Shown here piece after piece: positions 29,659 through 43,274 of a stretch of DNA of 64,000 nucleotides. The notes below the pieces were generated by a model, which saw only the letters and a program-made list of their open reading frames with translations, did no database searches and was not told the DNA's origin. The translations under genes and the position numbers were made by a program. The stretch is taken from NCBI GenBank assembly GCA_963674755.2, contig CAXXVS010000003.1, positions 320,001-384,000 on the forward strand, in the 5' to 3' direction. The DNA comes from Desulfobacterales bacterium. GTDB taxonomy: Bacteria; Desulfobacterota; Desulfobacteria; Desulfobacterales; UBA5852. The number at the start of each line of letters is the position of its first letter. Within the stretch, counting starts at the first letter, position 1.

Positions 29659-30270
29659 ATGGGCCTTTTGTCTCCAAGCGTATCGATCACCCAGTATCGC
29701 GTCGAGGGCCAACTGCCTTCGCCGGTCAACGAGCAGGTGACCGCCGCGTTGCAAAACAATACGATTAATGAAATCGACAACGATGCCAGCGAGCAAACCA
29801 TGGGGTGGACATCGTTTGACGATCCCTACCGGCCCGATTTCGAGGGATCCCGCTTTGTCATCGATACCGCCTGGGTCTTTTCCCTGCGGATCGATAAAAA
29901 GAGTATCCCCGCCAAGGTGCTGAAGAAGCATTATAATATGGAGGTGGCCAAACGGCTGGCCGAATCCGGGCGGGACTACCTTTCCAAGGCGGAGAAAAAG
30001 CAGATTAAAGAGCATGTCCTGACCGTGCTCAACATGCGCATACCGGCCACGCCCAATGTCTACGATATTCTCTGGAAATACGAAGAGGGGCTGTTGTGGT
30101 TTTTTACCAACTTGAAAGCGGCCAATGAAGCGCTGGAAACCCTGTTTACCCGTTCCTTCAAACTTCGTCTGGTGCGCTTGTTTCCTTACACGGCCGGTCT
30201 GCAGGCCGGTTTGAGCGGTCCGGAACAAGATGCCCTCGACCAATTGAAACCAACCCTTTTCATGGAATAG
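29659..30270 (+). CDS. RdgC-like recombination-associated protein (deltaproteobacterial type)
   Basis: MGLLSPSVSITQYRV, GWTSF, FSLRIDKKSIPAKVLK, LSKAEKKQIKE resemble the RdgC N-terminal part. Confidence 0.65.
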   Translation: MGLLSPSVSITQYRVEGQLPSPVNEQVTAALQNNTINEIDNDASEQTMGWTSFDDPYRPDFEGSRFVIDTAWVFSLRIDKKSIPAKVLKKHYNMEVAKRLAESGRDYLSKAEKKQIKEHVLTVLNMRIPATPNVYDILWKYEEGLLWFFTNLKAANEALETLFTRSFKLRLVRLFPYTAGLQAGLSGPEQDALDQLKPTLFME

Positions 30271-30273
30271 ATC

Positions 30274-30804
30274 ATGCTGGATATTGCCGTCGCCTATCGC
30301 CGCTACCAGTTCATCGGCGATGAATTCCTCACCTGGCTCTGGTATACCCTTGAGCAGGATGCCCGGCTTCTAACGCGCATCGATCCGGAAATCGCCGCGC
30401 TGGAAATCGGCAACCGGATGGTTTTCGAAAACCGCTACCGCAAAGACAACGAGGAAACGGTCACCATTAAAGGAGAAGAGGCTAATATGGACGAGGGGCT
30501 GCTGGCCCTGAAAAAAGGCGCCATGGTGACCGAAGTCAACCTCGTCTACCGTTCCGGCGACCAGGAATGGCGCTTCAACCTGAAGGGCGAAAGCCTCAAT
30601 CTGTCCAGTCTGCGCGTTCCGGAAACCGGCAAAATCGAAACCCGGGAGGATATCGAGGGCGCTGTTATCGAAAAAACCTATTTATATGATAAAATCATTA
30701 AGTTAATTAATGTCTTATTTCAATATTTCATCAAGCTGCGCATATCCAATGAATGGTCGACCAAAACCGTACCGGGAATTCGCAAATGGATTTTATCCTC
30801 ATAA
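30274..30804 (+). CDS. Conserved hypothetical protein, partner of the RdgC-like gene
   Basis: FIGDEFLTWLW motif, ALKKGAMV; starts 3 nt after the preceding stop. Confidence 0.7.
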   Translation: MLDIAVAYRRYQFIGDEFLTWLWYTLEQDARLLTRIDPEIAALEIGNRMVFENRYRKDNEETVTIKGEEANMDEGLLALKKGAMVTEVNLVYRSGDQEWRFNLKGESLNLSSLRVPETGKIETREDIEGAVIEKTYLYDKIIKLINVLFQYFIKLRISNEWSTKTVPGIRKWILSS

Positions 30805-31010
30805 GCTGTTCACAAGATATTCACAGCCTGTCGATAACCACGGAGTTATGAACATGCGCCGGCGTGATGTTCACAAGGTGAGTTTTTTCAGCAGCTTTTC
30901 AACGCTTTATGAACAACCAATTTAGTATTTATCTTTAATAAAAATATATAGTTATAATTTTATTGGGCGTATCGACAGGTTATTATCTCCTTTATTTATT
31001 ACTCTTATAT
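30793..31010. other. Candidate chromosomal replication origin (oriC)
   Basis: About 8 DnaA-box-like 9-mers (TTATCCTCA 30793, CTGTTCACA 30806, ATATTCACA 30817, TGTCGATAA 30829, TTATGAACA 30846 and 30907, ATGTTCACA 30867, GTATCGACA 30969) plus a near-pure AT tract at 30919-30964, directly upstream of dnaN. Confidence 0.7.
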
Positions 31011-31024
31011 AAAGGATAGAATAG

Positions 31025-34587
<3,563 letters not shown>

Positions 34588-34686
34588 TCCTGTGGTGGTC
34601 CCTTTTGGAATCATCAATGCCAGGCGCCGGTATTCATCGTTGCAGCGATGCCCCATCCGGCGTGATGAAAGATAAAGCGAGGCGTG

Positions 34687-35478
34687 ATGTACATTCACAG
34701 TGTTGTTGCCAGGGATCTGCCGGACCTTTGGTTTCAGGCCGTTCACGACATTCTCGATCACGGTCGCCGGTTTACCATCGATCGCGGATCCTATGCCGGT
34801 CAAACCCGTCTGGAGTATGATTATTTTACAGGTCTCATCAATTATCCCGGTACCCAGCCGCTGATCCCCGACATTCCGCCCTCCTGCGGCATCCCCAACC
34901 CGGTTGAACACGACTATATTTATGGCGGTGAGGGATATGACCGCTCCTACATCGAATACCTGATGACGCCCCACAAGGAGCCGGGGGAATCCTACACTTA
35001 CGGCGAAAGACTGACACGGGTGCCCATCACCGGCGACAAGCAGGCCTGGTGGGAGGCAGGGAACACCGAAATCGTCGACCAGCGCGAGGTGGACGGCAAG
35101 GCCGTTTTCGAGGAGGAAGGGAAGCTATACCTGAACCAGATCGAATGGATCATCAATACCTATAAAAAATTCGGGTTCCGCAACAATCAGATGGTCCTGC
35201 AGGTGGCCCACCCTTCCGACCTCACCCTGGTGGACCCCCCCTGTCTGCGCTCCATCGACACCCGCATCCAGGACGATACCCTGAACTTTTTCGTCTATTT
35301 CCGCAGTTGGGATCTCTGGGGGGGGCTGCCGGCCAACCTGGCCGGGATTCAGAACCTCAAGGAATACATGGCCGCCGAAATCGGCGTTAAAGACGGTCAG
35401 ATGATCGTCGAGAGCAAAGGCTTGCACCTCTACGGCTATGCCGAAGATCTGGCCAAGTTGCGCTGCCTGAAAGACTAG
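34687..35478 (+). CDS. thyA: Thymidylate synthase, archaeal/methanogen-like ThyA
   Basis: YTYGERL, NQIEWII, DPPCL (catalytic Cys), FRSWD, PANL, LHLY. Confidence 0.8.
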   Translation: MYIHSVVARDLPDLWFQAVHDILDHGRRFTIDRGSYAGQTRLEYDYFTGLINYPGTQPLIPDIPPSCGIPNPVEHDYIYGGEGYDRSYIEYLMTPHKEPGESYTYGERLTRVPITGDKQAWWEAGNTEIVDQREVDGKAVFEEEGKLYLNQIEWIINTYKKFGFRNNQMVLQVAHPSDLTLVDPPCLRSIDTRIQDDTLNFFVYFRSWDLWGGLPANLAGIQNLKEYMAAEIGVKDGQMIVESKGLHLYGYAEDLAKLRCLKD

Positions 35479-35482
35479 ATTG

Positions 35483-35531
35483 AAATAAGAAAGGCCCTCC
35501 CTGTAGCCTGCCGGGAGGGCCTTTCTTATTT
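35483..35531. terminator. Bidirectional intrinsic terminator
   Basis: 19-bp perfect inverted repeat AAATAAGAAAGGCCCTCCC...GGGAGGGCCTTTCTTATTT. Confidence 0.85.
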
Positions 35532-35549
35532 TTAGGCGTAGCCTAAAAA

Positions 35550-36112
35550 GTGAAGGCTCCGACCGCCTAAAGGCGGTGGCTTCAAACGTGGTCGACTGAA
35601 GTCGACTCACGAGTCCACGGTGAAGTCGTCATCGCGGGCTCGCTCAGTGTGGGTTTGCTTTTCGATATAGTCAGCTATGACCTCATCGGTGACATTACCC
35701 GATGATGCTGCAAAATAGCCGCGAGCCCACAGATGACGACCCCAACATTGTCTGGCTAAAATACGGCTTTCGCTTAACAACCGCCTTGACGTTTTTCCTT
35801 TGATGCGTTTCATCACCTGGCTTACCGAATGATACGGCGGTACGGAAACAAACAGATGGACGTGGTCCTTGGAAACATGCCCCTTGATGATCTCTATATC
35901 CATCGCCTTGCAGATCTCACGGATCAGCTCCCGCAACCGCGTCCCCACTCCTTCACTGAGCATCGGCTTGCGATATTTCGTGATCCATACCAAATGATAC
36001 TTGATGTCATAAACCGAATGCGAGGTCTTGCGGTAATTCTTCATAATATCGCAAGCCTACTAAAGTCTTCGCCTAAAGGCGAGGGATTTTCTCCCATTCC
36101 CCGAGGGGGACA
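35550..36112 (-). mobile_element. IS200/IS605-family element (tnpA only, 563 bp)
   Basis: Subterminal CGCC-TTTA-GGCG hairpins at both ends; left guide AAAT with target TTAA (asnS stop); right guide GAAG with cleavage site TCAC. Confidence 0.85.
35607..36044 (-). CDS. tnpA: IS200/IS605 Y1 HUH transposase
   Basis: YHLVWITKYR, DHVHL (HUH), KGKTSR, LWARGYF, YIEKQ (catalytic Tyr). Confidence 0.96.
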   Translation of the reverse strand: MKNYRKTSHSVYDIKYHLVWITKYRKPMLSEGVGTRLRELIREICKAMDIEIIKGHVSKDHVHLFVSVPPYHSVSQVMKRIKGKTSRRLLSESRILARQCWGRHLWARGYFAASSGNVTDEVIADYIEKQTHTERARDDDFTVDS

Positions 36113-37495
36113 TTAAAAATCTATGGAGCCGGGCGTGCGCGGAAAGGGGATCACGTCCCGGATATTGCTGATGCCGGTCACCAGCATCAGCAGACGCTCG
36201 AACCCCAGTCCGAATCCGCTGTGGGGCACCGTGCCATACTGGCGGGATTCGAGGTACCACCAATAGGGCTCCCTGGCCATTCCCACCTCTGCCATGCGGG
36301 CCTCGATCACCTCCAAACGCTCTTCGCGCTGGCTTCCCCCGATAATCTCGCCGATGCTCGGCACCAATATATCCATGGCAGCCACGGTTTCATCATCAGC
36401 GTTCATCCGCATGTAGAAGGGCTTGATGGACTTGGGATAGTCATAGAGAATGACCGGTTTTTTAAAGTGTTCCTCCGTCAGGTAGCGTTCATGTTCCGTC
36501 TGCAGATCCTGGCCGAACCCAACAGGATAGGTAAATTTGTTTTTGGCCCTTTCCAGAATGGCCACCGCCTCGCGATAGGGCAGGCGTTCGAAATCCGAAG
36601 CGATGATATTGTCCAGGGTCGCCATGAGGCCCTTGTCTACGAAACGGGCGAAGAGTTGCAGATCGTCCGGACATTCCTCTATGACAAAGCGCACCAGGCT
36701 TTTTATCAGATCCTCCCCCAGTTCCATGTTGCCGTCCAGATCGCAAAAGGCCATTTCCGGTTCGATCATCCAAAATTCGGCGGCATGCCGCCGTGTGTTG
36801 GAATTTTCAGCCCGGAAGGTGGGACCGAAAGTGTAAACGTCCCCTAGGGAGAGGGCGAACATCTCGGCGGAAAGCTGCCCGGATACGGTCAGGTTGGCTT
36901 CCGTGCCGAAAAAATCACGGGAAAAATCAGGCTTGTGGTTTGCCATGGGGATGTGGGCCATATCCACGGTGGTGACGCGGAACAACTCTCCGGCCCCCTC
37001 GCAATCGGATCCGGTGATGATGGGGGTATGAATATAGCGGAAGCCCCGCTCTCTGAAATAGTGATGCACCGCATAGGACAATTCCGAGCGGATGCGAAAG
37101 GCGGCGCCGTATTTATTGGTACGGGGCCTTAGATGGGCAATGGTGCGCAGAAATTCATCCGTATGGCGCTTTTTCTGGAGGGGAAAAGTCTCCGGCGCCA
37201 GACTGATGATCTCCACCCGGGAGGCCTGGATTTCCCAGTCCTGTCCGCCCCCCTTGGAGGACACCAGGCGGCCCTGCACGGCCAGCGCCGATCCGGTGGA
37301 CAGCTTGCGGATATCGTCGTAGTTGGGCAGGGCTTCGTCAGCGACGACCTGGATGTTCTTCAGGCTTGATCCATCATTGACTTCGATAAATGAAAAGGTT
37401 TTGGAATCACGCCGGGTACGCACCCATCCCTTGATGAGAACGTCTTCCAACCCACTTTCCAGACCCAGCAACACCTTAATTTTTGTTCGCTTCAT
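36113..37495 (-). CDS. asnS: Asparagine--tRNA ligase
   Basis: GWVRTRR, NDGS, HLRPRTN, LTVSGQL, FRAENSNT, EIIGGSQRE, PHSGFGLGFER. Confidence 0.97.
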   Translation of the reverse strand: MKRTKIKVLLGLESGLEDVLIKGWVRTRRDSKTFSFIEVNDGSSLKNIQVVADEALPNYDDIRKLSTGSALAVQGRLVSSKGGGQDWEIQASRVEIISLAPETFPLQKKRHTDEFLRTIAHLRPRTNKYGAAFRIRSELSYAVHHYFRERGFRYIHTPIITGSDCEGAGELFRVTTVDMAHIPMANHKPDFSRDFFGTEANLTVSGQLSAEMFALSLGDVYTFGPTFRAENSNTRRHAAEFWMIEPEMAFCDLDGNMELGEDLIKSLVRFVIEECPDDLQLFARFVDKGLMATLDNIIASDFERLPYREAVAILERAKNKFTYPVGFGQDLQTEHERYLTEEHFKKPVILYDYPKSIKPFYMRMNADDETVAAMDILVPSIGEIIGGSQREERLEVIEARMAEVGMAREPYWWYLESRQYGTVPHSGFGLGFERLLMLVTGISNIRDVIPFPRTPGSIDF

Positions 37496-37553
37496 CGACG
37501 TTTTCCTTGACGGCAATTATGGTTATTCAAACGCCAGGTGCCGCTGACAGCGA

Positions 37554-38936
37554 TCAACGGGTCATGGGTACGGTGATGTAATAGCGCTGGTTGTCGCGTT
37601 GCAGCAGCAAGACAACGGAGGTTTCATCGCGGTATTTGATGACCGCCTTGTGGAAATCCTTAGCGTCACGCACCATAAACTCATTGACCTGGCGAATCAC
37701 ATCCCCGGTCCGGACACCGGTACGGGACAGGTAGCCACCCTGTTTGACATCGGAAACGACCGCCCCTTCTTGTGATGCGGGGTCGACTTTAAGTCCTAAT
37801 AAGGTATAGGCAAGATCCGGCCCCTTGCCAATGGGAAAAGCGCGGGCTTCGAGCCGGATGTCGCGCTTTTTGCCATCCCGCCAGATCGTCACCGACATTC
37901 GATCGCCGACACCGTAGTTTTGCAGACGGGCTTGGTAATCCTCGACCGAAACGATTTTACGGCTGTCGATGGCCAGAATGATATCTCCCGCCCGCAGGCC
38001 GGCCTTGTGGGCCGGGCTGTCGGAATCGACGGTGGAAATCATCACGCCCTGTTTTTTGGGGAGATTGTAATAGCGGGTCAGGCTGCCATCCAGCTCCTGG
38101 ACCCAGGCGCCGACCCAGGCATCGATGACCTCGCCGTAGGCGATCAGGTCTTCGATGATGCGGCGGGCCTTGTTGATGGGGATGGCGAAGCCGATTCCCT
38201 GGGCCCCGGCATAGATGGCGGTGTTGATGCCGATCAAATCGCCATTGATGTTCAACAGGGGTCCCCCGCTGTTGCCAGGATTAATGGAGGCGTCCGTCTG
38301 GATGAAATCGTGGAAAACGCGGTCTTTGGTGCGGAAACTGCGATTGTGGGCACTGATGACACCGGTAGTGACGGTATTGGAGAAGCCAAAAGGATTACCG
38401 ATGGCAATCACGGTTTCACCGATCAGCAGATCACGGCTATCGCCCATGGCAACGGACGGCAGGGGACCCTTGGGCTTGATTTGCAGGACGGCCAGATCGG
38501 AATCAAGATCGATACCAACGATTTCAGCCGTGTACTCACGCTCGTCATTGAGGGTGACATTGACCGTACCGGTTTTTTCCACCACATGGGCGTTGGTCAA
38601 AATATAGCCGCGACGACCGTCGATGATCACTCCGGATCCTAAACTGGTGCGTTTGTAGTGCCGGTCGAATCCCGGATCAAAAAAATCGTTGAAAAAATCC
38701 TCGAACAAGGGATTGGAAAATTCGGCGAACGGGCTGATCCGTTTGCGAATTTCATACTCCAGGCTTATGTTTACAACCGACGGGCTGACTTTGCTGACCG
38801 CCTCCACGACAGCGCTGCGCCGGGAAGTGGTCTGGCCGGCCCGTGTGGAAGGAACGCCGGCCAGCACGACCAGCAGGGCGGCCAGGAGGCATAACGGCAC
38901 GTGTTTATAGTTGCTTTGTTGGTTGAAATTTGTCAT
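37554..38936 (-). CDS. HtrA/DegP-family serine protease with two PDZ domains
   Basis: Signal peptide, GSGVII, TNAHV, DLAV, QTDASINPGNSGGPL, PDZ repeats. Confidence 0.92.
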   Translation of the reverse strand: MTNFNQQSNYKHVPLCLLAALLVVLAGVPSTRAGQTTSRRSAVVEAVSKVSPSVVNISLEYEIRKRISPFAEFSNPLFEDFFNDFFDPGFDRHYKRTSLGSGVIIDGRRGYILTNAHVVEKTGTVNVTLNDEREYTAEIVGIDLDSDLAVLQIKPKGPLPSVAMGDSRDLLIGETVIAIGNPFGFSNTVTTGVISAHNRSFRTKDRVFHDFIQTDASINPGNSGGPLLNINGDLIGINTAIYAGAQGIGFAIPINKARRIIEDLIAYGEVIDAWVGAWVQELDGSLTRYYNLPKKQGVMISTVDSDSPAHKAGLRAGDIILAIDSRKIVSVEDYQARLQNYGVGDRMSVTIWRDGKKRDIRLEARAFPIGKGPDLAYTLLGLKVDPASQEGAVVSDVKQGGYLSRTGVRTGDVIRQVNEFMVRDAKDFHKAVIKYRDETSVVLLLQRDNQRYYITVPMTR

Positions 38937-39042
38937 GTGAGCCCCCACTCTATCAATACGCGCATCGCCAGAGCGGCCCGCAGAGGAGAAGTAGCCGTCA
39001 GGCTGGCGATTTGATTCAAATTCAGGAACGGCATTACCTAAC

Positions 39043-41562
39043 ATGAGGTCGACGCACATTCAAGATATCCTGCCACTGGTAGACGCCCCCAGCCGTTATC
39101 TGGGAAGCGAGATCAATACCATCAAGAAAGATCCCAGGAAGGTCAAATTGAAGGTGGCCATGGCTTTTCCTGATCTTTATGAAATCGGCACATCCCATTT
39201 CGGTCTCCAGATCCTCTACCACATACTTAACCGGCATCCCGCTATTCTGGCCGAACGGGTTTTTACCCCCGCAGCAGACATGGAAGGTTTCCTGCGGGAA
39301 AGAGGGCTGCCGCTCCAGGCGCTGGAGTCCGGACGGCCCCTGGCGCAGTTCGACATTCTGGGCTTCAGCCTGCTCTATGAGCTCAACTATACCAATGTGT
39401 TGATGATGTTGGAACTGGCCGGCCTGCCCTTCAAGAGTGCAGACCGCGACCAGCGTCATCCCCTGGTTATTGCCGGGGGTCCCTGCACCTGCAACCCGGC
39501 GCCGGTGGCGGACTTTTTCGACGCCATCGTGGTGGGGGACGGCGAAGAGGTCCTGCTCCAGATGGCCGAAGCCTGGATCGATTGGCATCAAAACGGCGGG
39601 CGGTCCCGGGAGAATTTGTTGAAACATTGGTCGCAATTAACCGGAGTGTATGTGCCGGCCCTGTATGATCGAATGTGCGATGGTGAGCCGGCCGCCGGGC
39701 CGACGCGCGTCCATAGGGCCGTTTTGGGTGATTTGGACGGTGCCGACTTTCCGACCGCACCGATCGTTCCCTTCAGCCGGCCGGTGCATGACCGATTACG
39801 GCTCGAGCTGGCCAGGGGTTGCACCCGCGGCTGCCGCTTCTGCCAGGCGGGAATGATCTATCGGCCGGTCCGCGAACGCCATCCCGCAACGGTGATGCGT
39901 CAGTGCGAACAGTCCCTGGCCAAAACCGGTTACGATGATATTTCGCTGCTCTCGCTGAGCACGGGGGACTACCGCTGTATTGCGCCCCTGATGGAACAGA
40001 TGATCCACCGTTACGCCTGCGATCACGTGGCTCTCTCGCTGCCGTCCCTGCGGGCCGGTACCCTGACACCCGAGTTGATGGCGCACATCAAGGCGGTTCG
40101 CAAGACCGGTTTTACCATCGCACCCGAAGCCGGCAGCCAGCGGCTACGGGACGTTATCAATAAAAATATCACGGCTCAGGACATCCATCAAACCGTTCAG
40201 GACGCTTTCGGCCTGGGATGGAACCTCATTAAACTCTATTTTATGGTGGGGTTGCCCACCGAACAGCAGGCGGATCTGGAAGAACTGGTGTCTCTCGCCC
40301 GGGAATTGAGTCAGATCAGGACGCCCGGCAGGAAAAAGAATACCATCAACGTGAGCGTGGCGACCATGATCCCCAAGCCCCATACGCCCTTTCAATGGGC
40401 ATCCCAGATCAGCATTGCCGAGGGGTGGCAGAAGATCAATTGGATCAGGGAAGCGCTGCGCTCGCCGCATATCCGGCTCAAATGGCAAAACCCGGAAGTC
40501 AGCTATATTGAGGGGCTTATGGCCCGCGGGGACCGGCGTATGGCCGAGCTGATCCTGTGTGCCTACCGCAACGGCTGCCGCTTGGACGGGTGGAGCGACC
40601 ACTTCCGTTTCGATCTCTGGCAGAAGAGCATTGAAGAGGTTGGATTGGACGCGGACGACATCGTATACCGGGAACGCGCTTCGACCGAAGATTTCCCCTG
40701 GGACCATATCGATATGCGCGTGAAACGGTCCTATCTCTGGGATGAGTGGCAGCGGGGCCTGCGCGGGGATACCACGGGGGACTGCCGGGACGGTGCCTGT
40801 CAGGATTGCGGGGTATGCGATTTCAGCGACATCAAACCAAGGATTCATTCGACCAAAGGGTTTAATGCCGCTGGCAAGACGGAACCCAAACAGCCGGTCG
40901 CGGATTTCCAACCCTTTAGCGTCTCTTTTAGCAAAACGGGGAAGGGGCGCTTTTGGGGACATCTTGAGATGGTGAATATTTTCATCAGGGCGCTGCGGCG
41001 GGCCGGCATCCGCGTGAAATTCAGTGCCGGCTTTCATCCCAAACCCAAATTGGTCTTCGACGACGCGCTGCCTATCGGCATGGAAAGCCTTGTTGAAACG
41101 ATGTTGTTCTCGCCTGAAGCGGGTTGGGCGCCTCAAGAACTGGTAAGTCGGCTCAATGCCGAACTTCCCGAAGGTTTGAGGATCACGGACTGCCAGCCTT
41201 ACGACAAAAAAAATCAACCCGTAACCCGGTCGGTTGTCTACCGGGTTACGCTTAGTAACAGCGATTCTTTCGATCCCCAAGCCGTGCAGCGTTTTGAAGC
41301 GGCCGAATCGGTTGATTACGCCAAAACCAATCGCAAAGGTTTGTTGAAAAAGATCAATCTCAAGGCTATGGTGAAGCGCATCGACTTGCTGGGATCGGAA
41401 ACGCTTGAGATGGAATGCCTAGCGCATTCAGGTGGTTTTATTCGTCCGGATATTGTTTTAAAGCATGTGTGCGCATTATCGTCGGAGGCGATTCGGGGCG
41501 CCCGGGTCGTCAAGCTCCGTTACGGGCAGCCGTCTAGCAGTCCACCCCCCAAAGGGGATTAA
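39043..41562 (+). CDS. B12-binding radical SAM protein (TIGR03960) fused to TIGR03936/DUF2344 domain
   Basis: FPDLYEIG, RGCTRGCRFC (CxxxCxxC), APEAGSQRLR; C-terminal GHLEM..FSAGFHPKPKL..ALPIG. Confidence 0.9.
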   Translation: MRSTHIQDILPLVDAPSRYLGSEINTIKKDPRKVKLKVAMAFPDLYEIGTSHFGLQILYHILNRHPAILAERVFTPAADMEGFLRERGLPLQALESGRPLAQFDILGFSLLYELNYTNVLMMLELAGLPFKSADRDQRHPLVIAGGPCTCNPAPVADFFDAIVVGDGEEVLLQMAEAWIDWHQNGGRSRENLLKHWSQLTGVYVPALYDRMCDGEPAAGPTRVHRAVLGDLDGADFPTAPIVPFSRPVHDRLRLELARGCTRGCRFCQAGMIYRPVRERHPATVMRQCEQSLAKTGYDDISLLSLSTGDYRCIAPLMEQMIHRYACDHVALSLPSLRAGTLTPELMAHIKAVRKTGFTIAPEAGSQRLRDVINKNITAQDIHQTVQDAFGLGWNLIKLYFMVGLPTEQQADLEELVSLARELSQIRTPGRKKNTINVSVATMIPKPHTPFQWASQISIAEGWQKINWIREALRSPHIRLKWQNPEVSYIEGLMARGDRRMAELILCAYRNGCRLDGWSDHFRFDLWQKSIEEVGLDADDIVYRERASTEDFPWDHIDMRVKRSYLWDEWQRGLRGDTTGDCRDGACQDCGVCDFSDIKPRIHSTKGFNAAGKTEPKQPVADFQPFSVSFSKTGKGRFWGHLEMVNIFIRALRRAGIRVKFSAGFHPKPKLVFDDALPIGMESLVETMLFSPEAGWAPQELVSRLNAELPEGLRITDCQPYDKKNQPVTRSVVYRVTLSNSDSFDPQAVQRFEAAESVDYAKTNRKGLLKKINLKAMVKRIDLLGSETLEMECLAHSGGFIRPDIVLKHVCALSSEAIRGARVVKLRYGQPSSSPPPKGD

Positions 41563-41582
41563 CGTGCAAGACTGTCACCATC

Positions 41583-43115
41583 ATGTTTAAAGAAATTGTC
41601 ATCAACGTCACCGGACGTGAGACCCGAGTGGCTCTTCTGGAAGACAGCACCATCGTCGAGCTATTCATCGAACGCGGTGATATTGTCGATATTACCGGGA
41701 ATATTTATAAAGGTCGCGTGCAGCGGGTGTTGCCGGGCATCCAGGCGGCCTTCATTGATATCGGATTGAACCAGGCCGCTTTTATTTATGTGGATGATGT
41801 CATCCGCAACGGTTTCAAGGAAGTGGAACGCGAACTGGCCGAGGGGGACGGCGAAAACGATACTGTGGATGAGATGCTCGATGCGCTGCGGGCCGAGGAG
41901 CGGGAATATCCCATTGAAGATTTGCTGACGGAGGGACAGGATATCCTGGCCCATGTTGCCAAAGCCCCCATGGGGACCAAAGGGCCTCGGGTCACATCCT
42001 ATATCTCGTTGCCGGGGCGCTATCTCGTGTTGATGCCTTTTTCAAATCATATCGGTGTTTCGCGGCGCATCGAGGATGAGGATGAGCGCAAGCGACTGAA
42101 GCACATGATCGGAGAGATGCGCGACAATGACTATGGCTATATTGTGCGAACGGCAGCCGAAGGCATCGACCAAGCCCGCATCGTTCACGAAAAGCAATTC
42201 CTTGTCAATCTATGGGAAAACATCCAGCGCAAGTTCAAGACCGCCCCGTGCCCCAGCCTCATCCATCAGGAGTTATCCCTGAGCTTGCGCGCCGTACGGG
42301 ATCTGCTGATCCACGAAGCTGATCAACTGGTCATCGATTCCTCGCACGAATATGAAACGATCCGCGCCTTCCTGGATGTGTTTATGCCGAACCTGAAGGG
42401 GCGGGTGAGCCTTTATGACGGACGTGAGCCGATCTTTGACGCCTATAATCTGGAGGGCGACATTTCCAGGGCGCTCAAACGTAAAGTCTGGTTGAAATCA
42501 GGAGGCTACATCATCATCGAACACACCGAGGCCCTGGTGGCGATCGATGTCAATACCGGGCGCTATGTCGGCAAACACAACCTGGAAGAGACGATTCTCA
42601 AGACCAATCTGGAAGCAGTCAAAGAAATCGCTTATCAAGTGCGTTTGCGCGACATCGGCGGGCTCATTATTATCGATTTTATCGATATGCAGAAAAAGAC
42701 CAGCCAGGATAAGGTCTACAACGCACTTAAGGATGCCCTTACCAAGGACCGCAGCAAAACCCACGTCCTGCCGATTTCCGATATGGGTCTCATTCAAATG
42801 ACCCGTAAACGCAACAAGGAACCGTTGACCCGAATGATGTGCGAGCCCTGCGTCTATTGTGAAGGCGAGGGGTATATGATCTCGCGGCAATCGATTTGCT
42901 ACAATGTCTACCGGGAGATCATGCGGGAAAGCCAGGATATCACCGGAGAGCGGCTATCGGTCAAGGTGAACCCGGAAGTGGCCGATCTGCTGCACGGGGA
43001 GGAAAATGAGCTGATCCTAGCGCTGGAGCGCCAAATCGGACGACCGATTTTCATTTACCCTAATCCCCAGTTCCACATGGAGGAAATCGAAATCATCGAG
43101 ATTCTGAAGGACTGA
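41583..43115 (+). CDS. rng: Ribonuclease G/E family
   Basis: GNIYKGRV, AAFIDIG (S1), IDVNTG, RLRDIGGLIIIDFIDM, CVYCEG. Confidence 0.93.
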   Translation: MFKEIVINVTGRETRVALLEDSTIVELFIERGDIVDITGNIYKGRVQRVLPGIQAAFIDIGLNQAAFIYVDDVIRNGFKEVERELAEGDGENDTVDEMLDALRAEEREYPIEDLLTEGQDILAHVAKAPMGTKGPRVTSYISLPGRYLVLMPFSNHIGVSRRIEDEDERKRLKHMIGEMRDNDYGYIVRTAAEGIDQARIVHEKQFLVNLWENIQRKFKTAPCPSLIHQELSLSLRAVRDLLIHEADQLVIDSSHEYETIRAFLDVFMPNLKGRVSLYDGREPIFDAYNLEGDISRALKRKVWLKSGGYIIIEHTEALVAIDVNTGRYVGKHNLEETILKTNLEAVKEIAYQVRLRDIGGLIIIDFIDMQKKTSQDKVYNALKDALTKDRSKTHVLPISDMGLIQMTRKRNKEPLTRMMCEPCVYCEGEGYMISRQSICYNVYREIMRESQDITGERLSVKVNPEVADLLHGEENELILALERQIGRPIFIYPNPQFHMEEIEIIEILKD

Positions 43116-43274
43116 ATCGATCGGGATGGGATCAAAGAAATTATTGACAAAAACAATATCATATGGTCAATAACTGAGGTTACGGTTATGAAATTGCCGG
43201 AATAGCTATTCCGGCTTATTTTTTTAGCAGCCCACAGATAATGTAGGGCGGTGCCATAAAAGAAGGTCGAAGCC

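Noticed and set aside
35550..36112. tnpB/omegaRNA associated with the IS
   Set aside because: The element is only 563 bp and has no second ORF
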